DNA of 64,000 nt from Squalus acanthias (Eukaryota), in NCBI GenBank assembly GCA_030390025.1, contig JASTWF010000325.1, positions 310,001 to 374,000 of the forward strand, given 5' to 3'. Below the pieces are notes generated by a model. That model had not been told where the DNA came from. It searched no databases and was given only the letters and a program-made list of their open reading frames with translations. A program made the position numbers and the translations under genes. This document shows positions 1 through 15,000 of this stretch, piece after piece (position 1 is the first letter of the stretch; each line of letters begins with the position of its first letter).

Positions 1-3000
1 TATCTATCTCAGTCTCGGTGTGTGTGTAACATTGCTCTATCTATCTCAGTCTCGTGTGTGTGTGTAACATTGCTCTATCTATCTCAGTCTCAGTGTGTGT
101 GTAACATTGCTCCATCGATCTCAGTCTCAGTGTGTGTGTAACATTGCTCTATCTATCTCAGTCTCAGTGTGTAACATTGCTCTATCTATCTCAGTCTCAG
201 TGTGTAACATTGCTCCTATCTATCTCAGTCTTGGTGTGTGTGTGTGTAACATTGCTCTATCTATCTCAGTCTAGTGTGTGTGCAACATTGCTCTATCTAT
301 CCTCAGTCTCAGTGTGTGTGCAACATTGCTCTATCTATCTCAGTCTCAGTGTGGTGTAACATTGCTCTATTCTATCTCAGTCTCAGTGTGTAACATTGCT
401 CTATCTATCTCAGTCTCAGTGTGTGTAACATTGCTCTATCTATCTCAGTCGCCAGTGTGTGTGTCACATTGCTCAATCTATTCTCAGACCTCGTGTGTGT
501 GTAACATTGCTCTATCTATCTCAGTCTCATTGTGTGTGTGACATTGCTCTATCTATCTCAGTCTCGGTGAGTGTGTAACATTGCTCTATCTATCTCAGTC
601 TCAGTGTGTGTAACATTGCTCTATCTATCTCAAGTCTCAGTGTGAACATTGCTCTATCTATCTCAGTCTCAGTGTGTAACATTTGCTCTATCTATCTCCG
701 TCTCGGTGTGTAACATTGCTCTATCTCAGTCTCAGTGTGTGTGTAACATTGCTCTATCTATCTCAGTCTCGGTGGTGTGTAACATTGCTCTATCTATCTC
801 AGTCCAGTGTGTGTGTACATTGCTCCATCTATCTCAGTCTCAGTGTGTGTGTAACATTGCTCTATCTACTCAGTCTCCCGGTGTGTAACATTGCTCTATC
901 TATCTCAGTTCTCAGTGTGTGTGTGACATTTGCTCTATCTATCTCAGTCTCGGTGTGTGTAACATTGCTCTATCTATCTCAGTCTCAGTCTCAGTGTGTA
1001 ACATTGCTCTATCTATCTCAGTCTCAGTGTGTAACATTGCCCTATCTATCTCAGTCTCAGTGTGTAACATTGCTCTATCTATCTCAGTCTCAGTGTGTAA
1101 CATTGCTCTATCTATCTCAGTCTCAGTGTGTAACATTGCCCTATCTATCTCAGTCTCAGTGTGTAACATTGCTCTATCTATCTCCGTCTCGGTGTGTAAC
1201 ATTGCTCTATCTCAGTCTCAGTGTGTGTGTAACATTGCTCTATCTATCTCAGTCTCGGTGTGTTTGTGTAACATTGCTCTATCTATCTCAGTCTCAGTGT
1301 GTGTGTAACATTGCTCCATCTATCTCAGTCTCAGTGTGTGTGTAACATTGCTCTATCTATCTCAGTCTCGGTGTGTAACATTGCTCTATCTATCTCAGTC
1401 TCAGTGTGTGTGTAACATTGCTCTATCTATCTCAGTCTCGGTGTGTAACATTGCTCTATCTATCTCAGTCTCTGTGTGTGTGTGTAACATTGCTTTATCT
1501 ATCTCAGTCTCGGTGTGTGTGTAACATTGCTCTATCTATCTCAGTCTCTGTGTGTGTGTAACATTGCTCTATCTATCTCAGTCTCGGTGTGTAACATTGC
1601 TCTATCTATCTCAGTCTCGGTGTGTAACATTGCTCTATCTATCTCAGTCTCAGTGTGTAACATTGCTCTATCTATCTCAGTCTCAGTGTGTAACATTGCT
1701 CTATCTATCTCAGTCTCAGTGTGTAACATTGCTCTATCTATCTCAGTCTTGGTGTGTGTGTGTGGAACATTGCTCTATCTATCTCATTCCCAGTGTGTGT
1801 GTAACATTGCTCTATCTATCTCAGTCTCAGTGTGTGTGTAACATTGCTCTATCTATCTCAGTCTCAGTGTGTGTGTAACATTGCTCTATCTATCTCAGTC
1901 TCAGTGTGTGTGTAACATTGCTCTATCTATCTCTGTCTCAGTGTGTGTGTAACATTGCTCTATCTATCTCAGTCGCAGTGTGTGTGTAACATTGCTCTAT
2001 CTATCTCAGTCTCGGTATGTGTGTAACATTGCTCTATCTATCTCAGTCTCAGTGTGTAACATTGCTCTATCTATCTCAGTCTCAGTGTGTAACATTGCTC
2101 TATCTATCGTAGTCTTGGTGTGTGTGTGTGTGGAACATTGCTCTATCTATCTCAGTCCCAGTGTGTGTGTAACATTGCTCTATCTATCTCAGTCTCGGTG
2201 TGTGTGTAACATTGCTCTATCTGTCTCAGTCTCAGCGTGTAACATTGCTCTATCTATCTCAGTCTCAGTGTGTGTGTAACATTGCTCTATCTATCTCAGT
2301 CTCGGTGTGTAACATTGCTCTATCTATCTTAATCTCAGTGTGTAACATTGCTCTATCTATCTCAGTCTCAGTGTGTAACATTGCTCTATCTATCTCAGTC
2401 TCAGTGTGTAGCATTGCTCTATCTATCTCAGTCTCAGTGTGTAACATTGCTCTATCTATCTCAGTCTCAGTGTGTAACATTGCTCTATCGATCTCAGTCT
2501 CGGTGTGTGTGTAACATTGCTCTATCTATCTCAGTCTCGGGGTGTGTGTAACATTGCTCTATCTATCTCCAGTGTGTGTGTAACATTGCTCTATCTATCT
2601 CAGTCTCAGTGTGTGTGTGACATTGCTCTATCTATCTCAGTCTCAGTGTGTAACATTGCTCTATCTATCTCAGTCTCATTGTGTAACATTGCTCTATCTA
2701 TCTCCGTCTCGGTGTGTAACATTGCTCTATCTCAGTCTCAGTGTGTGTGTAACATTGCTCTATCTATCTCAGTCTAGGTGTGTGTGTAACATTGCTCTAT
2801 CTATCTCAGTCTCAGTGTGTGTGTAACATTGCTCTATCTATCTCAGTCTCAGTGTGTGTGTAACATTGCTCTATCTATCTCAGTCTCGGTGTGTAACATT
2901 GCTCTATCTATCTCAGTCTCAGTGTGTGTGTAACATTGCTCTATCTATCTCAGTCTCGGTGTGTAACATTGCTCTATCTATCTCAGTCTCGGTGTGTGTG

Positions 3001-6000
3001 TAACATTGCTCTATCTATCTTAGTCTCAGTGTGTGTGTAACATTGCTCTATCTATCTCAGTCTCAGTGTGTGTGTAACATTGCTCTATCTATCTCAGTCT
3101 CAGTGTGTAACATTGCTCTATCTATCTCAGTCTCTGTGTGTGTGTGTAACATTGCTCTATCTATCTCAGTCTCGGTGTGTGTGTAACATTGCTCTATCTA
3201 TCTCAGTCTCTGTGTGTGTGTAACATTGCTCTATCTATCTCAGTCTCGGTGTGTAACATTGCTCTATCTATCTCAGTCTCGGTGTGTAACATTGCTCTAT
3301 CTATCTCAGTCTCAGTGTGTAACATTGCTCTATCTATCTCAGTCTCAGTGTGTAACATTGCTCTATCTATCTCAGTCTCAGTGTGTAACATTGCTCTATC
3401 TATCTCAGTCTTGGTGTGTGTGTGTGGAACATTGCTCTATCTATCTCAGTCTCAGTGTGTGTGTCACATTGCTCTATCTATCTCAGCCTCGGTGTGTGTG
3501 TAACATTGCTCTATCTATCTCAGTCTCAGTGTGTGTGTCACATTGCTCTATCTATCTCAGCCTCGGTGTGTGTGTAACATTGCTCTGTCTATCTCAGTCT
3601 CAGTGTGTGTGTCACATTGCTCTATCTATCTCAGACTCAGTGTGTGTGTCACATTGCTCTATCTATCTCAGTCTCAGTGTGTGTGTGACATTGCTCTATC
3701 TATCTCAGTCTCGGTGTGTGTCACATTGCTCTATCTATCTCAGTCTCGGTGTGTAACATTGCTCTATCTATCTCAGTCTCAGTGTGTGTGTAACATTGCT
3801 CTATCTATCTCAGTCTCAGGGGGTGTGTGTAACATTGCTCTATCTATCTCAGTCTCAGTGTGTGTGTGACATTGCTCTATCTATCTCAGTCTCGGTGTGT
3901 GTAACATTGCTCTATCTATCTCAGTCTCAGTGTGTAACATTGCTCTATCTATCTCAGTCTCAGTGTGTAACATTGCTCTATCTATCTCAGTCTCAGTGTG
4001 TAACATTGCTCTATCTATCAGTCTCATGTGTTGTAACATTGCCTCTATCTATCTCAGTCTCGGTGTGTGTGTGTGACAGTGCTCTATCTATCTCAGTCTC
4101 AGTGTGAACATGCTCTATATTCTCAGTCTCAGTGGGAACATGCTCTTCAACTTTGCTCGATCCTATCTCAGTCTCAGGTTGTGTGTAACATTGCTCTATC
4201 TATCTCAGTCTCAGTGTGTAACATTGCTCTATCTATCTCAGTCTCGGTGTGTAACATTGCTCTATCTTTCTCAGTCTCAGTGTGTTGTAACATTGCTCTA
4301 TCTATCTCAGTCTCAGGTGTGTAACATTGCTTATCTATCTCAGTCTCGGGTGTGTGTAACATTGCTCTATCTATCTCAGTCTCGGTGTGTAACATTGCTC
4401 TATCTATCTCAGTCTCAGTGTGTGTGTAACATTGCTCTATCTATCTCAGTCTCGATGTGTGTGAACATTGCTCTATCTATCTCAGTCTCGGTGTGTGTAA
4501 CATTGCTCTATCTATCTCAGTCTCAGTGTGTAACATTGCTCTATCTATCTCAGTCTCAGTGTGTAACATTGCTCTATCTATCTCAGTCTCGGTGTGTAAC
4601 ATTGCTCTATCTCAGTCTCAGTGTGTGTGTAACATTGCTCTATCTATCTCAGTCTCGGTGTGTAACATTGCTCTATCTCAGTCTCAGTGTGTGTGTAACA
4701 TTGCTCTATCTATCTCAGTCTCAGTGTGTAACATTGCTCTATCTATCTCCGTCTCGGTGTGTAACATTGCTCTATCTATCTCAGTCTCAGTGTGTAACAT
4801 TGCTCTATCTATCTCAGTCTCGGTGTGTAACATTGCTCTATCTCAGTCTCAGTGTGTGTGTAACATTGCTCTATCTATCTCAGTCTCAGTGTGTGTGTAA
4901 CATTGCTCTATCTATCTCAGTCTCAGTGTGTAACATTGCTCTATCTATCTCCGTCTCGGTGTGTAACATTGCTCTATCTCAGTCTCAGTGTGTGTGTAAC
5001 ATTGCTCTATCTATCTCAGTCTCAGTGTGTGTGTAACATTGCTCTATCTATCTCAGTCTCGGTGTGTGTGTAACATTGCTCTATCTATCTCAGTCTCAGT
5101 GTGTGTGTAACATTGCTCCATCTATCTCAGTCTCAGTGTGTGTGTAACATTGCTCTATCTATCTCAGTCTCGGTGTGTAACTTTGCTCTATCTATCTCAG
5201 TCTCAGTGTGTGTGCAACATTGCTCTATCTATCTCAGTCTCGGTGTGTAACATTGCTCTATCTATCTCAGTCTCGGTGTGTGTGTAACATTGCTCTATCT
5301 ATCTCAGTCTCAGTGTGTGTGTAACATTGCTCTATCTATCTCAGTCTCAGTGTGTGTGTAACATTGCTCTATCTATCTCAGTCTCGGTGTGTGTGTAACA
5401 TTGCTCTATCTATCTCAGTCTCTGTGTGTAACATTGCTCTATCTATCTCAGTCTCAGTGTGTAACATTGCTCTATCTATCTCAGTCTCAGTGTGTAACAT
5501 TGCTCTATCTATCTCAGTCTTGGTGTGTGTGTGTGGAACATTGCTCTATCTATCTCTGTCTCAGTGTGTGTGTAACATTGCTCTATCTAGCTCCGTCTCA
5601 GTGTGTGTGTAACATTGCTCTATCTATCTCTGTCAGTGTGTAACATTGCTCTATCTACCTCAGTCTCAGTGTGTGTGTAACATTGCTCTATCTATCTCAG
5701 TCTCGGTGTGTGTGTAACATTGCTCTATCTATCTCAGTCTCAGTGTGTAACATTGCTCTATCTATCTCAGTGTTGGTGTGTGTGTGTGTGGAACATTGCT
5801 CTATCTATCTCAGTCCCAGTGTGTGTGTAACATTGCTCTATCTATCTCAGTCTCGGTGTGTGTGTAACATTGCTCTATCTGTCTCAGTCTCAGCGTGTAA
5901 CATTGCTCTATCTATCTCAGTCTCAGTGTGTGTGTAACATTGCTCTATCGATCTCAGTCTCGGTGTGTAACATTGCTCTATCTATCTTAATCTCAGTGTG

Positions 6001-9000
6001 TAACATTGCTCTATCTATCTCAGTCTCAGTGTGTAACATTGCTCTATCTATCTCAGTCTCAGTGTGTAACATTGCTCTATCTATCTCAGTCTCAGTGTGT
6101 GTGTATCATTGCTCTATCTATCTCAGTCTCGGGGTGTGTGTAACATTGCTCTATCTATCTCCAGTGTGTGTGTAACATTGCTCTATCTATCTCAGTCTCA
6201 GTGTGTGTGTAACATTGCTCTTTCTATCTCAGTCTCAGTGTGTGTGTGTGTAACATTGATCTATCTATCTCAGTCTCAGTGTGTAACATTGCTCTACCTA
6301 TGTTAGTCTCATTGTGTAACATTGCTCTATCTATCTCATTCTCAGTGTGTAACATTGCTCTATCTATCTCAGTCTCAGTGTGTAACATTGCTCTATCTAT
6401 CTCATTCTCAGTGTGTAACATTGCTCTATCTATCTCAGTCTCGGTGTGTGTGTAACATTGCTCTATCTATCTCAGTGTGTGTGTAACATTGCTCTATCTA
6501 TCTCAGTCTCGGTGTGTAACATTGCTCTATCTATCTCAGTCTCAGTGTGTAACATTGCTCTATCTATCTCAGTCTCAGTGTGTGTGTAACATTGCTCTAT
6601 CTATCTCAGTCTCGGGGTGTGTGTGTGTGTAACATTGCTCTATCTATCTCAGTCTCGGTGTGTGTGTAACATTGCTCTATCTATCTCAGTCTCGGTGTGT
6701 GTGTAACATTGCTCTATCTATCTCAGTCTCAGTGTGTAACATTGCTCTATCTATCTCAGTCTCAGTGTGTAACATTGCTCTATCTATCTCTGTCTCAGTG
6801 TGTAACATTGATCTATCTATCTCAGTCTCAGTGTGAAACGTTGCTCTATCTATCTCAGTCTCAGTGTGAAACGTTGCTCTATCTATCTCAGTCTCAGTGT
6901 GTAACATTGCTCTATCTATCTCAGTCTCAGTGTGTAACATTGCTCTATCTATCTCAGTCTCAGTGTGTAACATTGCTCTATCTATCTCAGTCTCAGTGTG
7001 TAACATTGCTCTATCTATCTCAGTCTCAGTGTGTAACATTGCTCTATCTATCTCAGTCTCAGTGTGTAACATTGCTCTATCTATCTCAGTCTCAGTGTGT
7101 AACATTGCTCTATCTATCTCAGTCTCAGTGTGTAACATTGCTCTATCTATCTCAGTCTCAGTGTGTAACATTGCTCTATCTATCTCAGTCTCAGTGTGTA
7201 ACATTGCTCTATCTATCTCTGCCTCAGTGTGTAACATTGCTCGATCTATCTCAGTCTCAGTGTGTGTGTCACATTGCCCTATCTATCTCAGTCTCAGTGT
7301 GTGTGTCACATTGCTCTATCTATCTCAGTCTCATGTGTAACATTGCTCTATCTATCTCAGTCTCAGTGTGTGTGTAACATTGCTCTATCTATCTCAGTCT
7401 CGGTGTGTAACATTGCTCTATCTATCTCAGTCTCGGTGTGTGTGTAACATTGCTCTATCTATCTCAGTCTCAGTGTGTGTGTAACATTGCTCTATCTATC
7501 TCAGTCTCAGTGTGTGTGTAACATTGCTCTATCTATCTCAGTCTCGGTGTGTAACATTGCTCTATCGATCTCAGTCTCAGTGTGTAACATTGCTCTATCT
7601 ATCTCAGTCTCTGTGTGTGTGTAACATTGCTCTATCTATCTCAGTCTCGGTGTGTGTGTAACATTGCTCTATCTATCTCAGTCTCAGTGTGTAACATTGC
7701 TCTATCTATCTCAGTCTCAGTGTGTAACATTGCTCTATCTATCTCAGTCTCAGTGTGTAACATTGCTCTATCTATCTCAGTCTCAGTGTGTAACATTGCT
7801 CTATCTATCTCAGTCTTGGTGTGTGTGTGTGTGGAACATTGCTCTATCTATCTCAGTCTCAGTGTGTAACATTGCTCTATCTATCTCAGTCCCAGTGTGT
7901 GTGTAACATTGCTCTATCTATCTCAGTCTCGGTGTGGGTGTCACATTGCTCTATGTCTCTCAGTCTCAGTGTGTAACATTGCTCTATCTATCTCAGTCTC
8001 AGTGTGTGTAACATTGCTCTATCTATCTCAGTCTCTCTGTGTTTGTAACATTGCTCTATCTATCTCAGTCTCGGTGTGGGTGTCACATTGCTCTATCTCT
8101 CTCAGTCTCAGTGTGTAACATTGCTCTATCTATCTCAGTCTCAGTGTGTGTAACATTGCTCTATCTATCTCAGTCTCAGTGTGTGTGTGTGTAACATTGA
8201 TCTATCTATCTCAGTCTCAGTGTGTAACATTGCTCTATCTATCTCATTCTCAGTGTGTAACATTGCTCTATCTATCTCAGTCTCAGTGTGTAACATTGCT
8301 CTATCTATCTCATTCTCAGTGTGTAACATTGCTCTATCTATCTCAGTCTCGGTGTGTGTGTAACATTGCTCTATCTATCTCAGTCTCGGTGTGTAACATT
8401 GCTCTATCTATCTCAGTCTCAGTGTGTAACATTGCTCTATCTATCTCAGTCTCGGTGTGTGTGTAACATTGCTCTATCTATCTCAGTCTCGGTGTGTGTG
8501 TAACATTGATCTATCTATCTCAGTCTCAGTGTGTAACGTTGCTCTATCTATCTCAGTCTCAGTGTGTAACATTGCTCTATCTATCTCAGTCTCAGTGTGT
8601 AACATTGATCTATCTATCTCAGTCTCAGTGTGAAACGTTGCTCTATCTATCTCAGTCTCAGTGTGTAACATTGCTCTATCTATCTCAGTCTCAGTGTGTA
8701 ACATTGCTCTATCTATCTCAGTCTCAGTGTGTAACATTGCTCTATCTATCTCAGTCTCAGTGTGTAACATTGCTCTATCTATCTCAGTCTCAGTGTGTAA
8801 CATTGCTCTATCTATCTCTGTCTCAGTGTGTAACATTGCTCTATCTATCTCAGTCTCGGTGTGTGTGTAACATTGCTCTATCTATCTCAGTCTTGGTGTG
8901 TGTGTGTGGAACATTGCTCTATCTATCTCAGTCCCAGTGGGTGTGTAACATTGCTCTATCTACCTCAGTCTCGGTGTGTGTGTAACATTGCTCTATCTAT

Positions 9001-12000
9001 CTCAGTCTCATGTGTAACATTGCTCTATCTATCTCAGCCTCGGTGTGAAAACATTGCCTCTATCTATCTCAGTCTCAGCTGTGTGTGTAACATTGCTCTA
9101 TCTAACTCAGTCTCAGTGTGTGTGTAACATTGCTCTATCTACCTCAGTCTCGGTGTGTGTGTAACATTGCTCTATCTATCTCAGTCTCATGTGTAACATT
9201 GCTCTATCTATCTCAGCCTCGGTGTGTAACATTGCTCTATCTATCTCAGTCTCAGTGTGTGTGTGTATCATTGCTCTATCTATCTCAGTCTCGGTGTGTG
9301 TAACATTGCTCTATCTATCTCAGTCTCAGTGTGTAACATTGCCTTATCTATCTCAGTCTCAGTGTGTAACAGTTGCCTCTATCTATCTCAGGTCTTTGTG
9401 TGTGTGTGTTGTGGAACATTGCTCTGTCTATCTCAGTCCCAGGTGTGTGTGTCAACATTGCTCTATCTATCTCAGTCTCGGAGAGTGTGTGTAACATTGC
9501 TCTATCTATCTCAGGTCTCAGGGTGTGCAACATCGCTTATCTATCCTCAGTCCTGTTGTGTGTGCAACATTGCTCTATCTAGTCATCAGTCTCAGGTTGT
9601 AACATTGCTCTATCTATCTCATCTCAGTGGTTTGTGTAACATTGCTCTATCTCTCTAGTCTCGGTAGTGTGTGTTGTAGAACTTGCTCTATCTCTCAGTC
9701 TCAGTGTGTAACATTGCTCTATCATATCTCAGTGCTCGTGTGTGTAACATTGCGCTATCTGTCTCAGTCTCTGCTGTGTTTGTAACATTGTCTGTCTATC
9801 TGTCTCTGTCTCAGTGTAGTGGTGGAACATTGCTCTATCTATCTCAGTCTCGGATTGTGTGTGTAACATTGCTCTATCTATCTCAGTCTCGGTGTGTGTG
9901 TAACATTGCTCTATCTATCTCAGTCTCAGGTGTGTGTAACATTGCTCTGTCTATCTCAGTCTCAGTGTGTGTGTAACATTGCTCTATCTATCTCAGTCTC
10001 GGTGTGGGTGTAACATTGCTCTATCTCTCTCAGTCTCAGTGTGTGTAACATTGCTCTATCTATCTCAGTCTCAGTGTGTGTAACATTGCTCTATCTATCT
10101 CAGTCTCAGTGTGTGTGTGTGTAACATTGCTCTATCTATCTCAGTCTCAGTGTGTGTAACATTGCTCTATCTATCTCAGTCTCAGTGTGTTGTGTGTTGT
10201 AACATTGATCTATCTATCTCAGTCTCAGTGTGTGTAACATTGCTCTATCTATCTCAGTCTCAGTGTGTGTGTGTGTAACATTGCTCTATCTATCTCAGTC
10301 TCAGTGTGTGTAACATTGCTCTATCTATCTCAGTCTCAGTGTGTGTGTGTGTAACATTGATCTATCTATCTCAGTCTCGGTGTTTGTGTAACATTGCTCT
10401 ATCTATCTCAGTCTCGGTGTGTGTGTAACATTGCTCTATCTATCTCAGTCTTGGTGTGTGTGTGTGGAACATTGCTCTATCTATCTCAGTCCCAGTGGGT
10501 GTGTAACATTGCTCTATCTATCTCAGTCTCAGTGTGTGTGTAACATTGCTCTATCTACCTCAGTCTCGGTGTGTGTGTAACATTGCTCTATCTACCTCAG
10601 TCTCGGTGTGTGTGTAACATTGCTCTATCTATCTCAGTCTCGGTGTGTGTGTAACATTGCTCTATCTATCTCAGTCTCAGTGTGTAACATTGCTCTATCT
10701 ATCTCAGTCTCGGTGTGTGTGTAACATTGCTCTATCTATCTCAGTCCAGTGTGGGTGTAACATTGCTCTATCTATCTCAGTCTCTGTAACATTGCTCTAT
10801 CTATCTCAGTCTCAGTGTGTGTGTAACATTGCTCTATCTATCTCAGTCTCAGTGTGTAACATTGCTCTATCTATCTCAGACTCGGTGTGTGTGTAACATT
10901 GCTCTATCTATCTCAGTCTTGGTGTGTGTGTGTGGAACATTGCTCTATCTATCTCAGTCCCAGTGGGTGTGTAACATTGCTCTATCTATCTCAGTCTCAG
11001 TGTGTGTGTAACATTGCTCTATCTATCTCAGTCTCGGTGTGTGTGTAACATTGCTCTATCTATCTCATTCCCAGTGTGTGTGTAACATTGCTCTATCTAT
11101 CTCAGTCTCAGTGTGTGTGTAACATTGCTCTATCTAGCTCAGCCTCGGTGTGTGTGTAACATTGCTCTATCTATCTCAGTCTCAGTGTGTAACATTGCTC
11201 TATCTATCTCAGTCTCAGTGTGTGTAACATTGCTCTATCTATCTCAGTCTCAGTGTGTGTGTAACATTGCTCTATCTATCTCAGTCTCAGTGTGTGTGTA
11301 ACATTGCTCTATCTAGCTCAGCCTCGGTGTGTGTGTAACATTGCTCTATCTATCTCAGTCTCAGTGTGTAACATTGCTCTATCTATCTCAGTCTCAGTGT
11401 GTGTAACATTGCTCTATCTATCTCAGTCTCAGTGTGTGTGTCACATTGCTCTATCTATCTCAGCCTCGGTGTGTGTGTAACATTGCTCTATCTATCTCAG
11501 TCTCAGTGTGTGTGTAACATTGCTCTATCTATCTCAGTCTCAGTGTGTGTGTAACATTGCTCTATCTATCTCAGTCTCAGTGTGTGTGTGTAACATTGCT
11601 CTATCTATCTCAGTCTCGGTGTGTAACATTGCTCTATCTATCTCAGTCTCAGTGTGTAACATTCCTCTATCTATCTCAGTCTCTGTGTGTGTGTGTAACA
11701 TTGCTCTATCTATCTCAGTCTCGGTGTGTGTGTAACATTGCTCTATCTATCTCAGTCTCTGCGTGTGTGTAACATTGCTCTATCTATCTCAGTCGCAGTT
11801 TGTGTGTAACATTGCTCTATCTCAGTCGCAGTGTGTGTGTAACATTGCTCTATCTATCTCAGTCTCGGTGTGTAACATTGCTCTATCTATCTCAGTCTCA
11901 GTCTCAGTGTGTAACATTGCTCTATCTATCTCAGTCTCAGTGTGTAACATTGCTCTATCTATCTCAGTCTCAGTGTGTAACATTGCTCTATCTATCTCAG

Positions 12001-15000
12001 TCTCTGTGTATAACATTGCTCTATCTATCTCAGTCTCAGTGTGTAACATTGCTCTATCTATCTCAGTCTCGGTGTGTAACATTGCTCTATCTATCTCAGT
12101 CTCGGTGTGTGTGTGTAACATTTCTCTATCTATCTCAGTCTCAGTGTGTACAACATTGCTCTATCTATCTCAGTCTCAGTGTGTGTGTCACATTGCCCAA
12201 TCTATCTCAGTCTCAGTGTGTGTGTCACATTGCTCTATCTATCTCAGTCTCATGTGTAACATTGCTCTATCTATCTCAGTCCTCAGTGTGTGTGTAACAT
12301 TGCTCTATCTATCTCAGTCTCAGTGTGTGTAACATTGCTCTATCTATCTCAGTCTCGGTGTGTGTGTAACATTGCTCTATCTATCTCAGTCTCGGTGTGT
12401 GTGTAACATTGCTCTATCTATCTCAGTCTCAGTGTGTGTGTAACATTGCTCTATCTATCTCAGTCTCGGTGTGTAACATTGCTCTATCTATCTCAGTCTC
12501 AGCGTGCAACATTGCTCTATCTATCTCAGTCTCAGTGTTTGTGTAACATTGCTCTATCTATCTCAGTCTCGGTGTGTGTGTGTAACATTGCTCTATCTAT
12601 CTCAGTCGCAGTGTGTAACATTGCTCTATCTATCTCAGTCTCAGTGTGTAACATTGCTCTGTCTATCTCCGTCTCTGTGTGTTTGTAACATTGCTCTATC
12701 TATCTCAGTCTCAGCGTGTGTGTAACATTGCTCTATCTATCTCAGTCTCAGTGTGTGTGTAACATTGCTCTATCTATCTCAGTCTCGGTGTGTGTGTAAC
12801 ATTGCTCTATCTATCTCAGTCTCAGTGTGTGTGTAACATTGCTCTATCTATCTCAGTCTCGGTGTGGGTGTAACATTGATCTATCTCTCTCAATCTCAGT
12901 GTGTAACATTGATCTATCTATCTCAGTCTCGGTGTGTGTGTAACATTGCTCTATCTATCTCAGTCTCAGTGTGTAACATTGCTCTATCTATCTCATTCTC
13001 AGTGTGTAACATTGCTCTATCTATCTCAGTCTCAGTGTGTAACATTGCTCTATCTATCTCAGTGTGTGTGTAACATTGCTCTATCTATCTCAGTCTCGGT
13101 GTGTAACATTGCTCTATCTATCTCAGTCTCAGTGTGTAACATTGCTCTATCTATCTCAGTCTCAGTGTGTGTGTAACATTGCTCTATCTATCTCAGTCTC
13201 AGTCTTGGTGTAACATTGCTCTATCTATCTCAGTCTCAGTGTGTGTGTGACATTGCTCTATCTATCTCAGTCTCAGTGTGTGTGTAACATTGCTCTATCT
13301 ATCTCAGTCTCGGTGTGTGTGTAACATTGCTCTATCTATCTCAGTCTCGGTGTGTGTGTAACATTGCTCTATCTATCTCAGTCTCAGTGTGTAACATTGC
13401 TCTATCTATCTCTGTCTCAGTGTGTAACATTGATCTATCTATCTCAGTCTCAGTGTGAAACGTTGCTCTATCTATCTCAGTCTCAGTGTGTAACATTGCT
13501 CTATCTATCTCAGTCTCAGTGTGTAACATTGCTCTATCTATCTCAGTCTCAGTGTGTGTGTAACATTGCTCTATCTATCTCAGTCTCAGTGTGTAACATT
13601 GCTCTATCGATCTCAGTCTCAGTGTGTGACATTGCTCTATCTATCTCTGTCTCAGTGTGTAACATTGCTCTATCTATCTCAGTCTCAGTGTGTAACATTG
13701 CTCTATCTATCTCAGTCTCGGTGTGTGTGTAACATTGCTCTATCTATCTCAGTCTCGGTGTGTGTGTGTAACATTGCTCTATCTATCTCAGTCTCAGTGT
13801 GTAACATTGCCCTATCTATCTCAGTCTCAGTGTGTAACATTGCTCTATCTATCTCATTCCCAGTGTGTGTGTAACATTGCTCTATCTAGCTCAGCCTCGG
13901 TGTGTGTGTAACATTGCTCTATCTATCTCAGTCTCAGTGTGGGTGTAACATTGCTCTATCTATCTCAGTCTCTGTAACATTGCTCTATCTATCTCAGTCT
14001 CAGTGTGTGTGTAACATTGCTCTATCTATCTCAGTCTCAGTGTGTAACATTGCTCTATCTATCTCAGTCTCAGTGTGTGTGTGTGTAACATTGCTCTATC
14101 TATCTCAGTCTCAGTGTGTGTAACATTGCTCTATCTATCTCAGTCTCAGTGTGTGTGTGTGTAACATTGATCTATCTATCTCAGTCTCGGTGTTTGTGTA
14201 ACATTGCTCTATCTATCTCAGTCTCGGTGTGTGTGTAACATTGCTCTATCTATCTCAGTCTTGGTGTGTGTGTGTGGAACATTGCTCTATCTATCTCAGT
14301 CCCAGTGGGTGTGTAACATTGCTCTATCTATCTCAGTCTCAGTGTGTGTGTAACATTGCTCTATCTACCTCAGTCTCGGTGTGTGTGTAACATTGCTCTA
14401 TCTACCTCAGTCTCGGTGTGTGTGTAACATTGCTCTATCTATCTCAGTCTCGGTGTGTGTGTAACATTGCTCTATCTATCTCAGTCTCAGTGTGTAACAT
14501 TGCTCTATCTATCTCAGTCTCGGTGTGTGTGTAACATTGCTCTATCTATCTCAGTCCCAGTGTGGGTGTAACATTGCTCTATCTATCTCAGTCTCTGTAA
14601 CATTGCTCTATCTATCTCAGTCTCAGTGTGTGTGTAACATTGCTCTATCTATCTCAGTCTCAGTGTGTAACATTGCTCTATCTATCTCAGACTCGGTGTG
14701 TGTGTAACATTGCTCTATCTATCTCAGTCTTGGTGTGTGTGTGTGGAACATTGCTCTATCTATCTCAGTCCAGTGGGTGTGTAACATTGCTCTATCTATC
14801 TCAGTCTCAGTGTGTGTGTACATTGCTCTATCTATCTCAGTCTCGGTGTGTGTGTAACATTGCTCTATCTATCTCATTCCCAGTGTGTGTGTAACATTGC
14901 TCTATCTATCTCAGTCTCAGTGTGTGTGTAACATTGCTCTATCTAGCTCAGCCTCGGTGTGTGTGTAACATTGCTCTATCTATCTCAGTCTCAGTGTGTA

